Source: an uncultured bacterium (lineage in GTDB: Bacteria > Oederibacteriota > JAAXVQ01 > JAUVAV01). From it: a stretch of 64,000 nt of DNA. The position numbers and the translations under genes were made by a program. The DNA lies in contig CAVQBK010000004.1 in assembly GCA_963710755.1 (NCBI GenBank), positions 1-64,000 of the forward strand, written 5' to 3'. Positions 42,401-46,647 of the stretch are shown here, one piece after another. Every line of letters starts with the position of its first letter. The stretch's first letter is position 1. A model generated the notes under the pieces. It was not told the origin of the DNA. It worked only from the letters and a program-made list of their open reading frames with translations, and made no database searches.

Positions 42401-45400
42401 TGGACCCAATGGCAGGCTTCGCGGGCAGTGAAAAATGGGCGGGTACCGATGCGCAACACCTCCACCAGTTTCGCCGAATATAAATCCCTGGCCGATCTTT
42501 ATCAAATAGGCAAGAACTTGATGGCCAAAGTATTATCAGAGGAAACGCAAGGCGCTGAAGCCGGTGCGCTGGGTCAACAAACCGTGACGATTGCCAACAA
42601 TGCCACCGTGACGTCCATCAGCAGCAAAGAAATGAAAACGTTAAAATCAACATGGGAACAAGCTCACAGTCAGGTCGAAAATGCATTTAAAGCGGCCAAT
42701 CCACTTGACTACTTGACTGGTAAACAAAATGGCGAAAATCCACTAGCAGCCATGTCGTTGAGTGCGGCCATGGGCATATTACATACGAACGATCAATTGG
42801 AAGCGCAAATGGCCATGGCGCCCAGCTTTAATGCGGCGTTCAATCAAATGAAAGATAATTTATATCAGCCCCTGCGGGCCCAAGCCTTGGGCGAAAAAGC
42901 TGGTATGGGAGAGCGGGTTAACTATAATCCGGCTTTGCTGCCTGAACCTTCTCAGGCGCTTATTAACCTGAATCAGTCCTCGCTGTTGTCCAGATTAGCC
43001 AATCTGCCTGGATTGGCGGGCGTGGTCACAAATTATAATAAACGGGATTTGGAAATCAATTATATTGGGGACCAAGCTACTGCAGTTTTAAATCAATATA
43101 ACAATCCTGAATGGGGTAAAGTCCATCAAGAAGAAGTTAAAGCCTACCAAACCCAATACGGTGACAACTGGCAGGCCATTGTCCTGGCCAACCAATTCGG
43201 ACCGGACATCACTTTGGTGCAGCAATACCAGCAAACCACTAATCCCTTGCGGCGGTTGTGGCTGGGCATGCAAATGCCGGCCCAGGCCAATAAGCTTTAT
43301 CAAGAACTCATGTCCGATATTGCCAAAGTCGCCGCCAAGCTCAGTGTTTTCAAGAACAACCCCAACGCGACCTTGACCTATCAGAACCGGACCATGAATG
43401 AGCAGCAAGCCCGGGCTTATATGGTGGAGCGCATGGATCAGGCTGCTTCGCTGTCAGGGCGCTATCAATTGAAAAATACCGGATTGATTAATAACTACCA
43501 GTCTGACGTGAGCACTTCTCCCCAGAAGGTGGTTCAAGCAGCGCTGAAGGAAAAGGGCAATGTGCAAAGCTTTGGCAGCAATACGCTTCAAGGTATCGCT
43601 CAACTGGCCAGCACCGTGAAGCTCACCAGCATTCCCTGGATCAAGGCTCATCCTATCCTGGCTGGCACTCTGGTGGGCAGCACGATTTTGCTAGCCGGCT
43701 TGAACCTGGCAGGGCTCACCCTGCTAACCATGACATGGGGATCATTTTTTACGGGTGGGATCACCGGTGCAATGAACAGTTTTGCAAAAGCAGAACCGGT
43801 CTCGAGAAATGCCAAGGGACCTATGGCGATAATGCAAAAATACACGTCCGGGAAAAAAGGAATGCTAGCGAAATTAATAACACCGGCGATTTTTGTAATT
43901 TCCGGTAATTATGTTGGCCTATTGGGCATTATCTTCAGTACTACGCTTAGGTTGGTCTATGATATCGGTAAGGGCAAGATTACGGCCACCCCTATTAAAG
44001 AAGACGATGTGGTGGTCAATCTGAATCCGGCTGGTGAGAACAACCAGGAAGGCCTGGAATCTCAGCAAGTGCTAAATAGCACTGCTAATATGGCCAGTGG
44101 TAAAGCTAAGACCATTATGCAGGCCTGGCAGGAAGAAGTGGCCGGCCGGGAAAACAGCGGCAAAGCCGTGGAGGCCTTGCGCGGTATCCTGCAAAACACC
44201 TTTGGCGTGGCCTTGACGGTCGGCAACAAAGCCAAGGATCTTGCCTACATGCGCCTCATAGCCGCCTTGATGGATCTGATACCGGCCATTGCGGTGACCG
44301 GCCAGGAAGCCATTCAGCCCAAGGTCTATCTGACCAAGGCTGTTAAAACCAACGGCAACCGCAAGGCCGGCTTGTGGTTCATTGCCTTTGCCGCCAAGAA
44401 ACCGGGATCGGGGGCGGAAGCCTCAGAAGTGGATATGGAAATTCCCGAATCGGAAGTGGCCATGCTCAACCGCAGCCTGGGGGACATGATGATCCGCCAG
44501 GCCTTGATCGCCGCGGTGGAAGTGCTTTTCCAGGACGGGGAGGTGGGCAGCCTGGAAACCGCGCTTATCAACTCCGATCCTTCTTTGGGTTATGCGGGCA
44601 ATGCCAACCGGGTCATTGAATTCTTGAGAAGTTACATCATGGACGGCGCCAATCTTAAACGCACTATTGACGAAATTCGCGCGGATGAAGCCGCGGGCCA
44701 CAGCCTGCGTTTCCGTGATCAACAGTTGCTTCAGGCCTTTGATATGGTGAGCGCCAAATTTGGCGGGGCCACATTCAGTGCCAATGACCTGCGCGATCTC
44801 AACCAAGCCAAGGCCGAGTTGGAAAACGAGGCGTTCGCCCAGATGGCCGTTCAGGCGCAGGCCATTGATGCGGCTAAAGCCCAAGGGAAAGATATCCAGG
44901 ACCTGTGGGGTACCTTTTATGCCCAGTTTGGCATGAGCTATGGCGACTATGAAACCATGAAAAAAGAGCCGGTGCCCCAAAAAGTACTGGAGTTCTTCTT
45001 CAATAAAGATAATCTGGCCCAAGACCTGCCTATGGCCAATGTCAAGCGGGCTGCCATGCGGTTGATTGGTTTCAGCGCGATAGGCGCCATCTTGGGAGGC
45101 GTGGTCGTGGGCTTGTTCCTCGGCACCGGCGTGGCCGTGGTGGCCGGCGCGGTTCTGGTGACCGCCGGCTTGGCAGGATTGTTTGAAGGGCTTATGGCTA
45201 TGGCCACAGCCAGTAAAATCGCTTTCCGTCTCAATCCCTCAGCCGCCGTTATGGAACAATTGGGCAATACCAGCTTTGACTCCCGCACTGTAGAAATGGA
45301 AGCCGGCCTGATGGAGGTGGAGAAAGCGCTGCCACAGGACCGGACGGCAGCCGAGGCCAAGTTCCAGCAATTGTACGGCATCAGCACCAGGGATTACGGC

Positions 45401-45832
45401 AAAGTCAATCTGATCAACCTCATGAAGAACCCGCTTTTTGTTAATGCAGTAGAGCACCTGCGGCCTGAAGGGCAGACTTTCATGATCTCTGAAAATAATC
45501 GCGATAGTGCAGTGCAGGAATTGCTGGCCTTCCTGCTCACCGCAGTGCGCAGCGATGCCAGGAAAGAATACAAGATCGCCGTGATTCAGGATGTGGCCAA
45601 GATTATGGCCTTCATGCAACTAGACATCAACGTGAGCGTGGCCAAATTCAAACCCGGGCTGGAAGTCACCTTAACCCCGGAAGTGGAACGGCTGGTCAAT
45701 CCACGGGTGGCCACACCCAAGATGGAACGGATGATTAACGGCCTCAGTGAATTCGGGATTAATATTAAGGGCTTGTTCGTGCCCTTCAACCAGCGTCATC
45801 AACGGCTCAAAGGTGCCGGTAGCGCGGCTTAA
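21455..45832 (+). CDS. Giant (8125 aa) secreted/membrane protein with low-complexity Q/A/P regions, hydrophobic helical hairpins, beta-rich repeats, coiled coils and an embedded SecA-like SF2 ATPase domain
   Basis: Uninterrupted 24.4-kb ORF with an N-terminal signal-like segment. AAGGGKT (40202-40222), IDEVH (40556-40570), GASGT (41153-41167), QTLLRTGRPG (41810-41839). Followed by an intrinsic terminator. The exact start (21455-21530) is uncertain. Confidence 0.9.
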   Translation: MRMMLIYKQKQAQAMSPWERKLWGGMKRYFKQVVSFILLVTFAFTMTGMDAIFANAFDNPNYYRQERNDDLKAPLNPLQSNQPDAFISYNPVQSSATDTGGQLRDTTVNVIKAEYGDLVDTATLKTAAEKAGGSVSVDAIVQQIAGDQAQSTAAPAGQQQPQAMPATQDQNNQASTSVSQTQNPETMADAVTLGQGPVTLAIDLNGAQPADANTGTQQETASLPSAMPGEKTSTAETTEKTDSPSAKTQVASSTENPKGTEQPVQKDQTQPKVAEQPVTPEEGSQPKQVAADQGSKKDQQQMVEDTQQPKDQENSAAQQQQQAKQQKQEPSMVETMANKVMTMLGMAPNEPKEAETTTADQLNQAQQGQTAVQAQAEEKPVQAAANTTDEDKSSQDVAAASQDKQAQTMVDQATTKDAQQQVAKDEQTKPGEQTVSGQDNVKKEGETQVTEKTKTKEAAVSTDDVLAMLGVQESDGKKKEAAASAETLKVDEGVLAAVAEGTEKTDKQEVDVAALVDKPAEKESAQEVVSKPKEGAAVEEKKDKESQVTAAAVKDGKEPTVTVDKKQLETDNNVPLVKNAPQTGVESNVAMVGPEISVADIDKEVKAAAEEADKVRATVEIPEMPSDLDFGNVSPALVNTSTHTDFDGAIAEVDYSYSFGHTDSTALYTALSTLMENGPPTSSRTGFMGNLMDFGNRSSSSYDDSFGINFNNLFSSGNNSDPNANNGQYDAILNPGSSNLWSGSSFRLSIASSLNGADSDSGTPQYFTAEESAKLNDAYNAVKGYQAEAQAMGRPLSLTEAIKTYMYTMINPNATIPIVSTVNNFQSSNWTGERTSNWDSVANEYANRYEHPNPPEDDKKGSGGGGCASFLASPLGKIFMFAVMVVTTIMTVGTSSPVLLGIMLTLEAIQTFMPNLPTWLSFGLSILTVAIGGWIKGLEQAAASVEQTVSVFVEKAEGLMNTLSNNIVKRAIIKAVVKAMVGKIVMMLMPDGMNPILSALVNMTMGAFADVLADAVANGDFTNLGKAFIEKMKNLFGFGAGADGLSSMSTILLSDGVITLAAAAADWIVKEAMGEDSTMGSIIGGFASALVSGLGSYAKTMSTLPANTTLTSAEHTALVLDRIVAPIIDTVISRVITVFLGQAASLNPDQAMNNLQIQFVAGQVGQIGNVLLPDVSISQNGQVTVTGFADKWSAATQSGGSSSSPNYNTNNTSTTQTPFNQQVVAAAANGTQPGQGPNGTAAGTVGKPSNTGMQTPPTSPEGLRGQGMTDGNNQAVNNNDSAANKPDPIAAGQIKQPEQAPMPAKDDSAAKPEAGAPIGQSKGNESITNPQVSVAENAGAKGMNSSPQAPPTQQEKPKQETSEQNKPEAKPEQLQAPSQTNVPEQAPQENAKPKQAQAQAPQPERQDNAQSVPQQDNKNQQRQENAPQAQQHQETEKPRQEVKVDIADLPGAQRRDGEVPTAKNGDQVKGQSGNNSNGDNSGQGENTNPTMNEAMSQIKQIDNGQLPAIYAAAANSQPQSMLSGASSDQVNKSSEKVQNLVNDLKSANAPVSDNYKVDVTATTNNYGAEVLTVKMTGMNTATQQMETRVAMSTMVNGEAVTTTLTQSTSSENATTATVSVDGQELHKTEINNNQAGVKVSDVGLSAQKPQGIADAKPISSEGRRSGDQPQPKAVPNPLAAATGAPTDLKPGQGKVAGQGQASGHGGSQGSTAAKAKGDQANGNAAAGSSQGGGTSAAATEGQAQGAGAANPFAGQDKGSANGSQPAQGPRPQEGEKITKEVDLGNGQKTSLSYNFEPNGKTGTTTKEVFGNGSDWNKYRVTYSNTDGSIVDVQQRVSISWTQAGYKSLGSDQVVVSDSAGNVRSIYKQDSQGNLTKTHDTYTTSFNGQRFGALMETSLVEGLDEKAQQAVILSEAAKPQNLMNNGAVAGNLRKQGIMPGSAQYTQAVKSLSQQMASAAYGQANALYTQSQSNSSMSMQDKQQAAAVMAKTSINLMTVAPQQVNMTTMADAAIASNNVDLMVSAANTQLEAFDRAGAAKTMTAAYQKAESLNMTGSQRASLAMETVDALKAAGQTKGGAQGTYQQALAEVNTYIKSDLMAKGTTPQTMALAARYNNATGRQAYNTNSMANDGMATQLKQAFSNGQNGTKAVEGLGQVTKNGDTYQIQADMGQGGSVTMSVTMGKDKATVNQMTITDQNKGVEVYGASKSGLKLEQTTVLVRSQNVDGQTVDAQRVMVVAGKRVGTGFIRDDQGRPQAISVNMKTGEITGIMKAAGQDQPAALVAMNRQNALVFAENGKPMALDGSEVKIFQNAQNSDVVSSLVQAGMSSSQAKQLINALNLSGQTVYQINQTLFIGDAESGTYRTAGVNEFDKGNSQVYIAQYKDGQLSQAFLADGKIFDFVNGDPAHFALTQKSADGKATHTAYYENGELQGSALYLNEFKDQKTGQTLSLTYDSQGQLTSDSLKALQSQGASLGYRFSQVGGGFEITSNADSKVSYRFSNSGYRIFESKDTGKSSTGGMQESFGFDVKQKVTISMAKYNDANGVQVRYDNVTRRQVTISIGANGSVTQVAVDRTVTGTAIQRTTTVAQAGNIGKIMLQTVETGQFNEAGKLVQGHSKLTVDNRPKPPVRHTQQGGKRVLQVKQLPHKASSEKTTKTAAPKNPDEANKSKAAAAKAEKALAKPVTQEASSVVKSQLEGSNTVSDKTINAALAATPGNTKIELTAAAASVLSAGTTEPKSEVKAASAVPSISEGSTESAKVQSAPQTYAEQMPTITGIAGMEDVKPASSPLDKTIDNVLAMTSGTQKGLASPAAPVVAAGMLGVALAAQAAQKLVNTQMEKATLNTAVGDITPDSPINIDAQKLLEPSQLEKVLSEQAPAARVSVAGYRPQAVVLSNGKESMTLPLNEALATAPAAPLAPELPQVMIQGGQLVDQYGKPLQKVDSTVLSNHLQESNEPLNNNFKSSVAAMENGATIFTTDHKTFFALSTDSLTGHGSYRVLFQEPGANGTPAVAEFKAGQLAQVVSNDAHQSVRSNFTYDDQGQVTGHELTQTSPVNNAVAVAKYGKGGAMSGETVYDRDMGAILKFGADNKFLGVEKSAITDKSSPLYSGNRFKLELLSDGNGFKMTNQSGMVKVYTADGQQVLQSPSGSGQAPQDVQNFNIKQQETLVVPKLGEFNSVTGAIEKTTMEIKEDHYVNRRQVTMASDDGSVSQEVIDSTRLDGVVTQRTFALASGDQQQGMGWQLTQVKGRAIFLQEKGYGTKAMFQTMAAQSDHVAMFKNAVFNQNGFYTLMATGQPGSAQYNLMGEVNIKGKGIIKVVAGLNDKTKEVQVQNFNGSEAAIAASHVADKELALLSDGQAPVDGVSEGQVKFTSKDGTLFMSVNRGFDGAVKGFELKGKDSFGAEVSAALNDQGNGYLAHSFIIPEGVDHPALRAAAGGQAMAISAGKTLDIPGAYGSVNFVADHKIMVQVNRDEHEVITGHSLRGTDEYGGTVITALNGKGTALLAQNIIVPQGLDHPALKAVAGNQAGAIKAGQPIAVDGAFGKVNFVDNGNILLQVNHDGNDKFTGYSIRGTDKYHGIVLAGADKVGTHLLAQNIIVPVGVNHPALTASAGDQASAISRGQLVSVVGANESAVDFTNKGTILIQVNRDDNGKVSGWGLRGVDQYGDTIVTAIGKGGHLEMKNALIQVGSRNPLLAQAVGNKQAGAFQKGNTTVNQMDGVDGPVAFAKDHQIVIQTSRDDQGIKYSVLAHSVKDPSVMLIAGLDGNQSLGLSAAIGSRSSLIGVNAAKTILDKFDEKSHTAVVDGQNLDCQNDEGNVVVNIGKSDGEITYSVRTTSAQNSKVTFIVGQNDKKGIQITDGMGSQKDLVALGVAVAEFKHVDAATGTTEAAVIDGTTGNKQVFEVRVIGENEQVHVRYGRTKDGVLTYGLLGTSTKFKDVTIMTGMDSKGRSMMVQMAKGNQTDLALLGMPVNALLTANQNAPMGKARQILADANHEYTITFGEDGSRTLNGYAQVYSRTDKGYMGHQIQAFGTLDKDGKYTFGAKGTNRELEALGFDLKALVMKNHSFGRENALVFNSRVLTMLDTGDHQILQGRTISGEEASLSLDTIHNTFSASRTITQTINGQEVAMRLDRDEHGSMVVTINGQQFAMADGLKISAASGDYNGMIQLESGDMKKYITLQGDEKTGFIQRWNNKIYEAAHQIAAAWNDRVNNANSGQFTFFDNLADSMAFTGAAFTAGIAMLTSPLTGGLDAVADNYLKEHENWAAATAYVACKTVSEQAPIIGAILLGPAGGTALIGSGILMEMKPVVSGGGLGDFIKSAGSSLLVTGNNFFVQPFIIAKDALVNVWTGHGEEALSYYGQADRYVQLTGALVQVAFAFTMTRSYGKALIDGTTMLRFRLSEAGEAFKNTAGSSALLAAGKALFQGVSPVNFSSEAMTAAKEIMKSNHTSSTKFEALKELRAGKDPEAVIKAVDAIQKPPTIMNRVATALKLNEGPVANVVETAGRTVRTVTRAVGSSVEKVVNVVKAALAPVGDGIVHFAASSRDVVINQVVKVVQAVGKVQGISALASGIKTVTAVVNGWSAALSSTATQVSVAIKVFAMNAASGISTTAANLMANSNPALSKMLSNLSQQLENGAAKMQEQSKLTLESKTEGQTSRAEAGLAKSFEEKITAIESNFEKAGTIFELYEQGAKLKSAMNAYGNFLAMSGNADLVLNKVQALTEQGHGGTAQILEGVLQVRADIAGKVIESIKGTEAGHAVIAALGKNIAQNGPMAAAVLAKEGVSEDIAGAVVKAACANPGNTAQFVKALTHNTDAMVQAVRAADPVSAASMADAVFSSVKGSTRTTAAMKQMANAMAKDSAVAGKVVDIAAAGDRGFMREKVMELSKETAQLESNFLGALGQSPKAMAAFMQQAAQGRYGQHRAEAFTKQVAKDPQTSRQMGKLLDSAKANAQGRLVSPRTAELFRNTIADQLARNPRSEPMQNLLKQFSESGQRQIYRQLTNDLARDPVKAENFKDAVVKDLRKAMKGIGAPKVELNAKIERLTDLTPKAEGNVKADAAQGQGQGKGQADANNSTEPNFVNEVVAALKTVIDNMTGKAKTFKEPGASGYRAPFSLAGSRTMEALRTDPLQAAYEFTKTISGLRLVEGTAKAIGQLGSGTAKQFREAYYKNQLEGSTQGLRQAFEANNKSLETLDARLEAMALKNLRSPGVDNRLFNKLQKGMAQRQELKARQEQLLKVAEGKIEEATSTVGEIARLKLSAQELQAANEAGQAYDAAVKALESKAENFKTIEQAQRQVEESALAENGGQAQALPEKVKSRIDAYRVSLAEAAFEVNAAREEAQTELNQMLAKPELGQRLGELMVQESVASLGRQAVQAQARVKGNYAEAYRAAVARPEEALTRQAKQIGSQIEGVERQAQRAAGRTELRSRQQQARLENRMALQRELAATQERLDTLDPTSEQAKELKSHQDRLETQLARLDRADQRELQRARQKQQLEKRGAQLQTRIANKDTSLSHQSRQATRLIEVKAREEKKAPFAEARSRQQQARLESRQALQHELDETKKRLTMLDPSSRQARDLESHQSRIEAQLERLNRADQRYLQSVKRNQPMENRYREAIYQELAALEGARARLLKRAEQFGQLKTLAETLLSKSAAELQNQDLYDFTAKVMEQLPIKDQTELFRADKNHHLEVISRMSSEGAQALSRALTKTEARALMDAMLEMGRAYDEQAQQQSTAMEQGRLRDMAKTFYSKAGDLLAGRPAKEIMQLINNPAFKKAAESSNATSVQAALMLHGKQPVSSRMLRTVESFADYLLQQPTTMSFDTVLKNFGESRSWFQRLRTDSTEAMVKALKLEPRTLEQQLTALDELASEPAKAFKNQLMQGRTAEHQAQLEKAGAEVDRLKSEVARIENARQKAVEERTASEEAYQETLTQTKAELAQAESNLEALKSKEVKLADSSSDLAKALEAFNAERSSSGQAVLSEKDILLENRDEARENAISQVTSQARINAQMKLMDNKGRLNALRAQLTQLEKAQAFKPSLSNQVQQSILKFRINRLNRQVVNAENRFTNFAELPLPNNLEVRRLANTFALETNLDVALQMEKIHKRLQTTAEADRAALLEKEAAMTPEGFKECWPYYEKVLNEASKDAIKDLNDDNQAFRRQLMSALPKGITNGRQLYDAFKTLREGIIKNGDIQEGSIRDARLIRVYSEIAFTRVTGFDNIRLAQKIMLNSFFGQQNVGLAAGGGKTNIFIMMHMLGIMSGGTLRGEILVDDPAAIEKYKTEMQNTGLKQGDLAEALGLELVNGNALHNEGRYRELEAALNSSDKIVIFDHITRAHLRNAEVSSSSLRQALQQSNYVGIDEVHMAATSQTSAIIGGDIAKPRAALVRKVDQLLNELGFEQSNFKAQVEAGKLPQLRNGFEVIDHRGKELTDDQMVEFNRMTGKKIILSDGQIKLNLAAQTALRGFTEGQISSVLRTLYSKVGKAGEYISYATLNGNISPVNSLGKIEESQISNDIAHQITAARINGLDPFDAVRVNHTKMQTSMSAMYAGNHGAHLVGASGTIAGIESLMKSKIGSSARHVSTSIFDIKSMIENTAMDADTKGRLLTDSQADLAIADTALFKGLKQGWDGFVAEADPVKQLELVKEYAKKAQNQGMDDTIISVIGAEGAGFYVRAGKGHEMLKSKAFQNLLKAAEVPAENAREATSKVQGMDYIEVKDGIQAVVQSHKATPEAGKQYLKGPQITIANEQAFVGKNFQNKFTMIFRNVQNYTADMITQTLLRTGRPGGERADGRWSTLRFAVVNEAELGNVVEQAKRRGNEIKSLLDLSKTNDATTAKILDKTDLNLGEMLKLGAEYRQLKLVGDATRFAVQDTFRDLILIDPLKKALRGVTEGSQAHKILDNELSITLNRSAEGADIKLRLRGNQSPEELNNKYVSDNFNRNLRAANGVWFKILGKSIVQGAWKTSGKAVEQLWTQWQASRAVKNGRVPMRNTSTSFAEYKSLADLYQIGKNLMAKVLSEETQGAEAGALGQQTVTIANNATVTSISSKEMKTLKSTWEQAHSQVENAFKAANPLDYLTGKQNGENPLAAMSLSAAMGILHTNDQLEAQMAMAPSFNAAFNQMKDNLYQPLRAQALGEKAGMGERVNYNPALLPEPSQALINLNQSSLLSRLANLPGLAGVVTNYNKRDLEINYIGDQATAVLNQYNNPEWGKVHQEEVKAYQTQYGDNWQAIVLANQFGPDITLVQQYQQTTNPLRRLWLGMQMPAQANKLYQELMSDIAKVAAKLSVFKNNPNATLTYQNRTMNEQQARAYMVERMDQAASLSGRYQLKNTGLINNYQSDVSTSPQKVVQAALKEKGNVQSFGSNTLQGIAQLASTVKLTSIPWIKAHPILAGTLVGSTILLAGLNLAGLTLLTMTWGSFFTGGITGAMNSFAKAEPVSRNAKGPMAIMQKYTSGKKGMLAKLITPAIFVISGNYVGLLGIIFSTTLRLVYDIGKGKITATPIKEDDVVVNLNPAGENNQEGLESQQVLNSTANMASGKAKTIMQAWQEEVAGRENSGKAVEALRGILQNTFGVALTVGNKAKDLAYMRLIAALMDLIPAIAVTGQEAIQPKVYLTKAVKTNGNRKAGLWFIAFAAKKPGSGAEASEVDMEIPESEVAMLNRSLGDMMIRQALIAAVEVLFQDGEVGSLETALINSDPSLGYAGNANRVIEFLRSYIMDGANLKRTIDEIRADEAAGHSLRFRDQQLLQAFDMVSAKFGGATFSANDLRDLNQAKAELENEAFAQMAVQAQAIDAAKAQGKDIQDLWGTFYAQFGMSYGDYETMKKEPVPQKVLEFFFNKDNLAQDLPMANVKRAAMRLIGFSAIGAILGGVVVGLFLGTGVAVVAGAVLVTAGLAGLFEGLMAMATASKIAFRLNPSAAVMEQLGNTSFDSRTVEMEAGLMEVEKALPQDRTAAEAKFQQLYGISTRDYGKVNLINLMKNPLFVNAVEHLRPEGQTFMISENNRDSAVQELLAFLLTAVRSDARKEYKIAVIQDVAKIMAFMQLDINVSVAKFKPGLEVTLTPEVERLVNPRVATPKMERMINGLSEFGINIKGLFVPFNQRHQRLKGAGSAA
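31718..32790 (+). repeat. Tandem 88-aa (264-nt) repeats within the giant protein
   Basis: HPAL/HPAL/HPAL/NPLL anchors at 31739, 32003, 32267 and 32531 (exact 264-nt spacing). Each unit carries AGxQA.AI..G, V.F...G.I..QVNRD and GxSLRGxDxYG. Confidence 0.85.
37750..38269 (+). repeat. Internal direct duplication (~178 nt, 342-nt offset) in the coiled-coil region of the giant protein
   Basis: GAGAAGCCGGCAGCAGCAGGC...CTTGACCCC...ATCGCGCCGACCA at 37750-37927 and 38092-38269. Protein RSRQQQARLE..LDP.S...SHQ.R.E.QL.RL.RADQR occurs twice. Confidence 0.85.
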
Positions 45833-45867
45833 ACATTATCATTGGTACTTGTGGTAAAGACAGTTTT

Positions 45868-45900
45868 AAAAGCCCGTCCTTCATTGGGACGGGCTTTTTT
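45868..45900 (+). terminator. Rho-independent terminator after the giant gene
   Basis: AAAAGCCCGTCC-TTCATTG-GGACGGGCTTTTTT. Confidence 0.9.
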
Positions 45901-46026
45901 ACTTTGGTGACAAGGCTAAGAGGAATCGATATAATTAGACTCTGTGGCGAAAAGGGCATTATGCCGGTAGATCTTGGTCGAGCGCGTGGGGTCGGCCCTA
46001 CTCAAGCAACGATTTGTTAGGATGAA

Positions 46027-46647
46027 TTGATGATGAGGATTTCCAGGCAATGGTGTTATCTTTTTGTAATCACAGCAAGTTTTGGTCTGGTGGGATTGAG
46101 CCATGCCCAAAATGATCAAGCCTGGATTAAAAAACACCTGAAAAATAAAACCTGGGAGTACCTGGCCAACCAAACCTCTTCCACGCTGGTCACTGCCCAA
46201 CGCTTGCTCCTACAGTTAAACCAAGCCAAGGATGTGGCTGCAAAAAAACGGCATCCAACCCGGCAGCTGAGCCATGGTGATCAGGAAACCTATCATTACA
46301 GCCGGTCCGGCCAAGAGGTATCGGTTTGGGTTACCGGGCCCGATCAAAAAATGATCGAAGAGCGAACCTATAGCGAGCAGCGTCTCGTCTCCATTCTATA
46401 TGCGGATGGCACCTTAAAAACATTTCAATATCCTCCGGAGCAAGGCGACCGTCAGTCCTCCTTAGCCTGCACCATTGTGGTCTATGCCGATGATCAGACC
46501 CGGTTGTTTCAATACGATGGGGAAGGCCAATTACGCCAGGCTTTTCAGGCAAACGGCGATTCTATACCCTTGGGCAATTTAATGGACTTTCATACGCTCA
46601 ACAATCTGGTGGACCCTGCCTGTCTTCGCCTGGGGGGCACTCCATGA
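46027..46647 (+). CDS. Secreted hypothetical protein with YD/RHS-like beta-hairpin repeats
   Basis: Signal peptide (LVGLSHA-Q). ETYHYSRSGQ, RTYSEQRLVSILYADGTLKTFQY, RLFQYDGEGQL. ATGA overlap with the next gene. Confidence 0.65.
   Translation: MMMRISRQWCYLFVITASFGLVGLSHAQNDQAWIKKHLKNKTWEYLANQTSSTLVTAQRLLLQLNQAKDVAAKKRHPTRQLSHGDQETYHYSRSGQEVSVWVTGPDQKMIEERTYSEQRLVSILYADGTLKTFQYPPEQGDRQSSLACTIVVYADDQTRLFQYDGEGQLRQAFQANGDSIPLGNLMDFHTLNNLVDPACLRLGGTP

Noticed and set aside
21467-45789. Dozens of 60-330 aa ORFs on the minus strand and in alternative frames within the giant gene
   Set aside because: Shadow ORFs expected from the codon bias of a long coding strand. They show no recognisable motifs or RBS.
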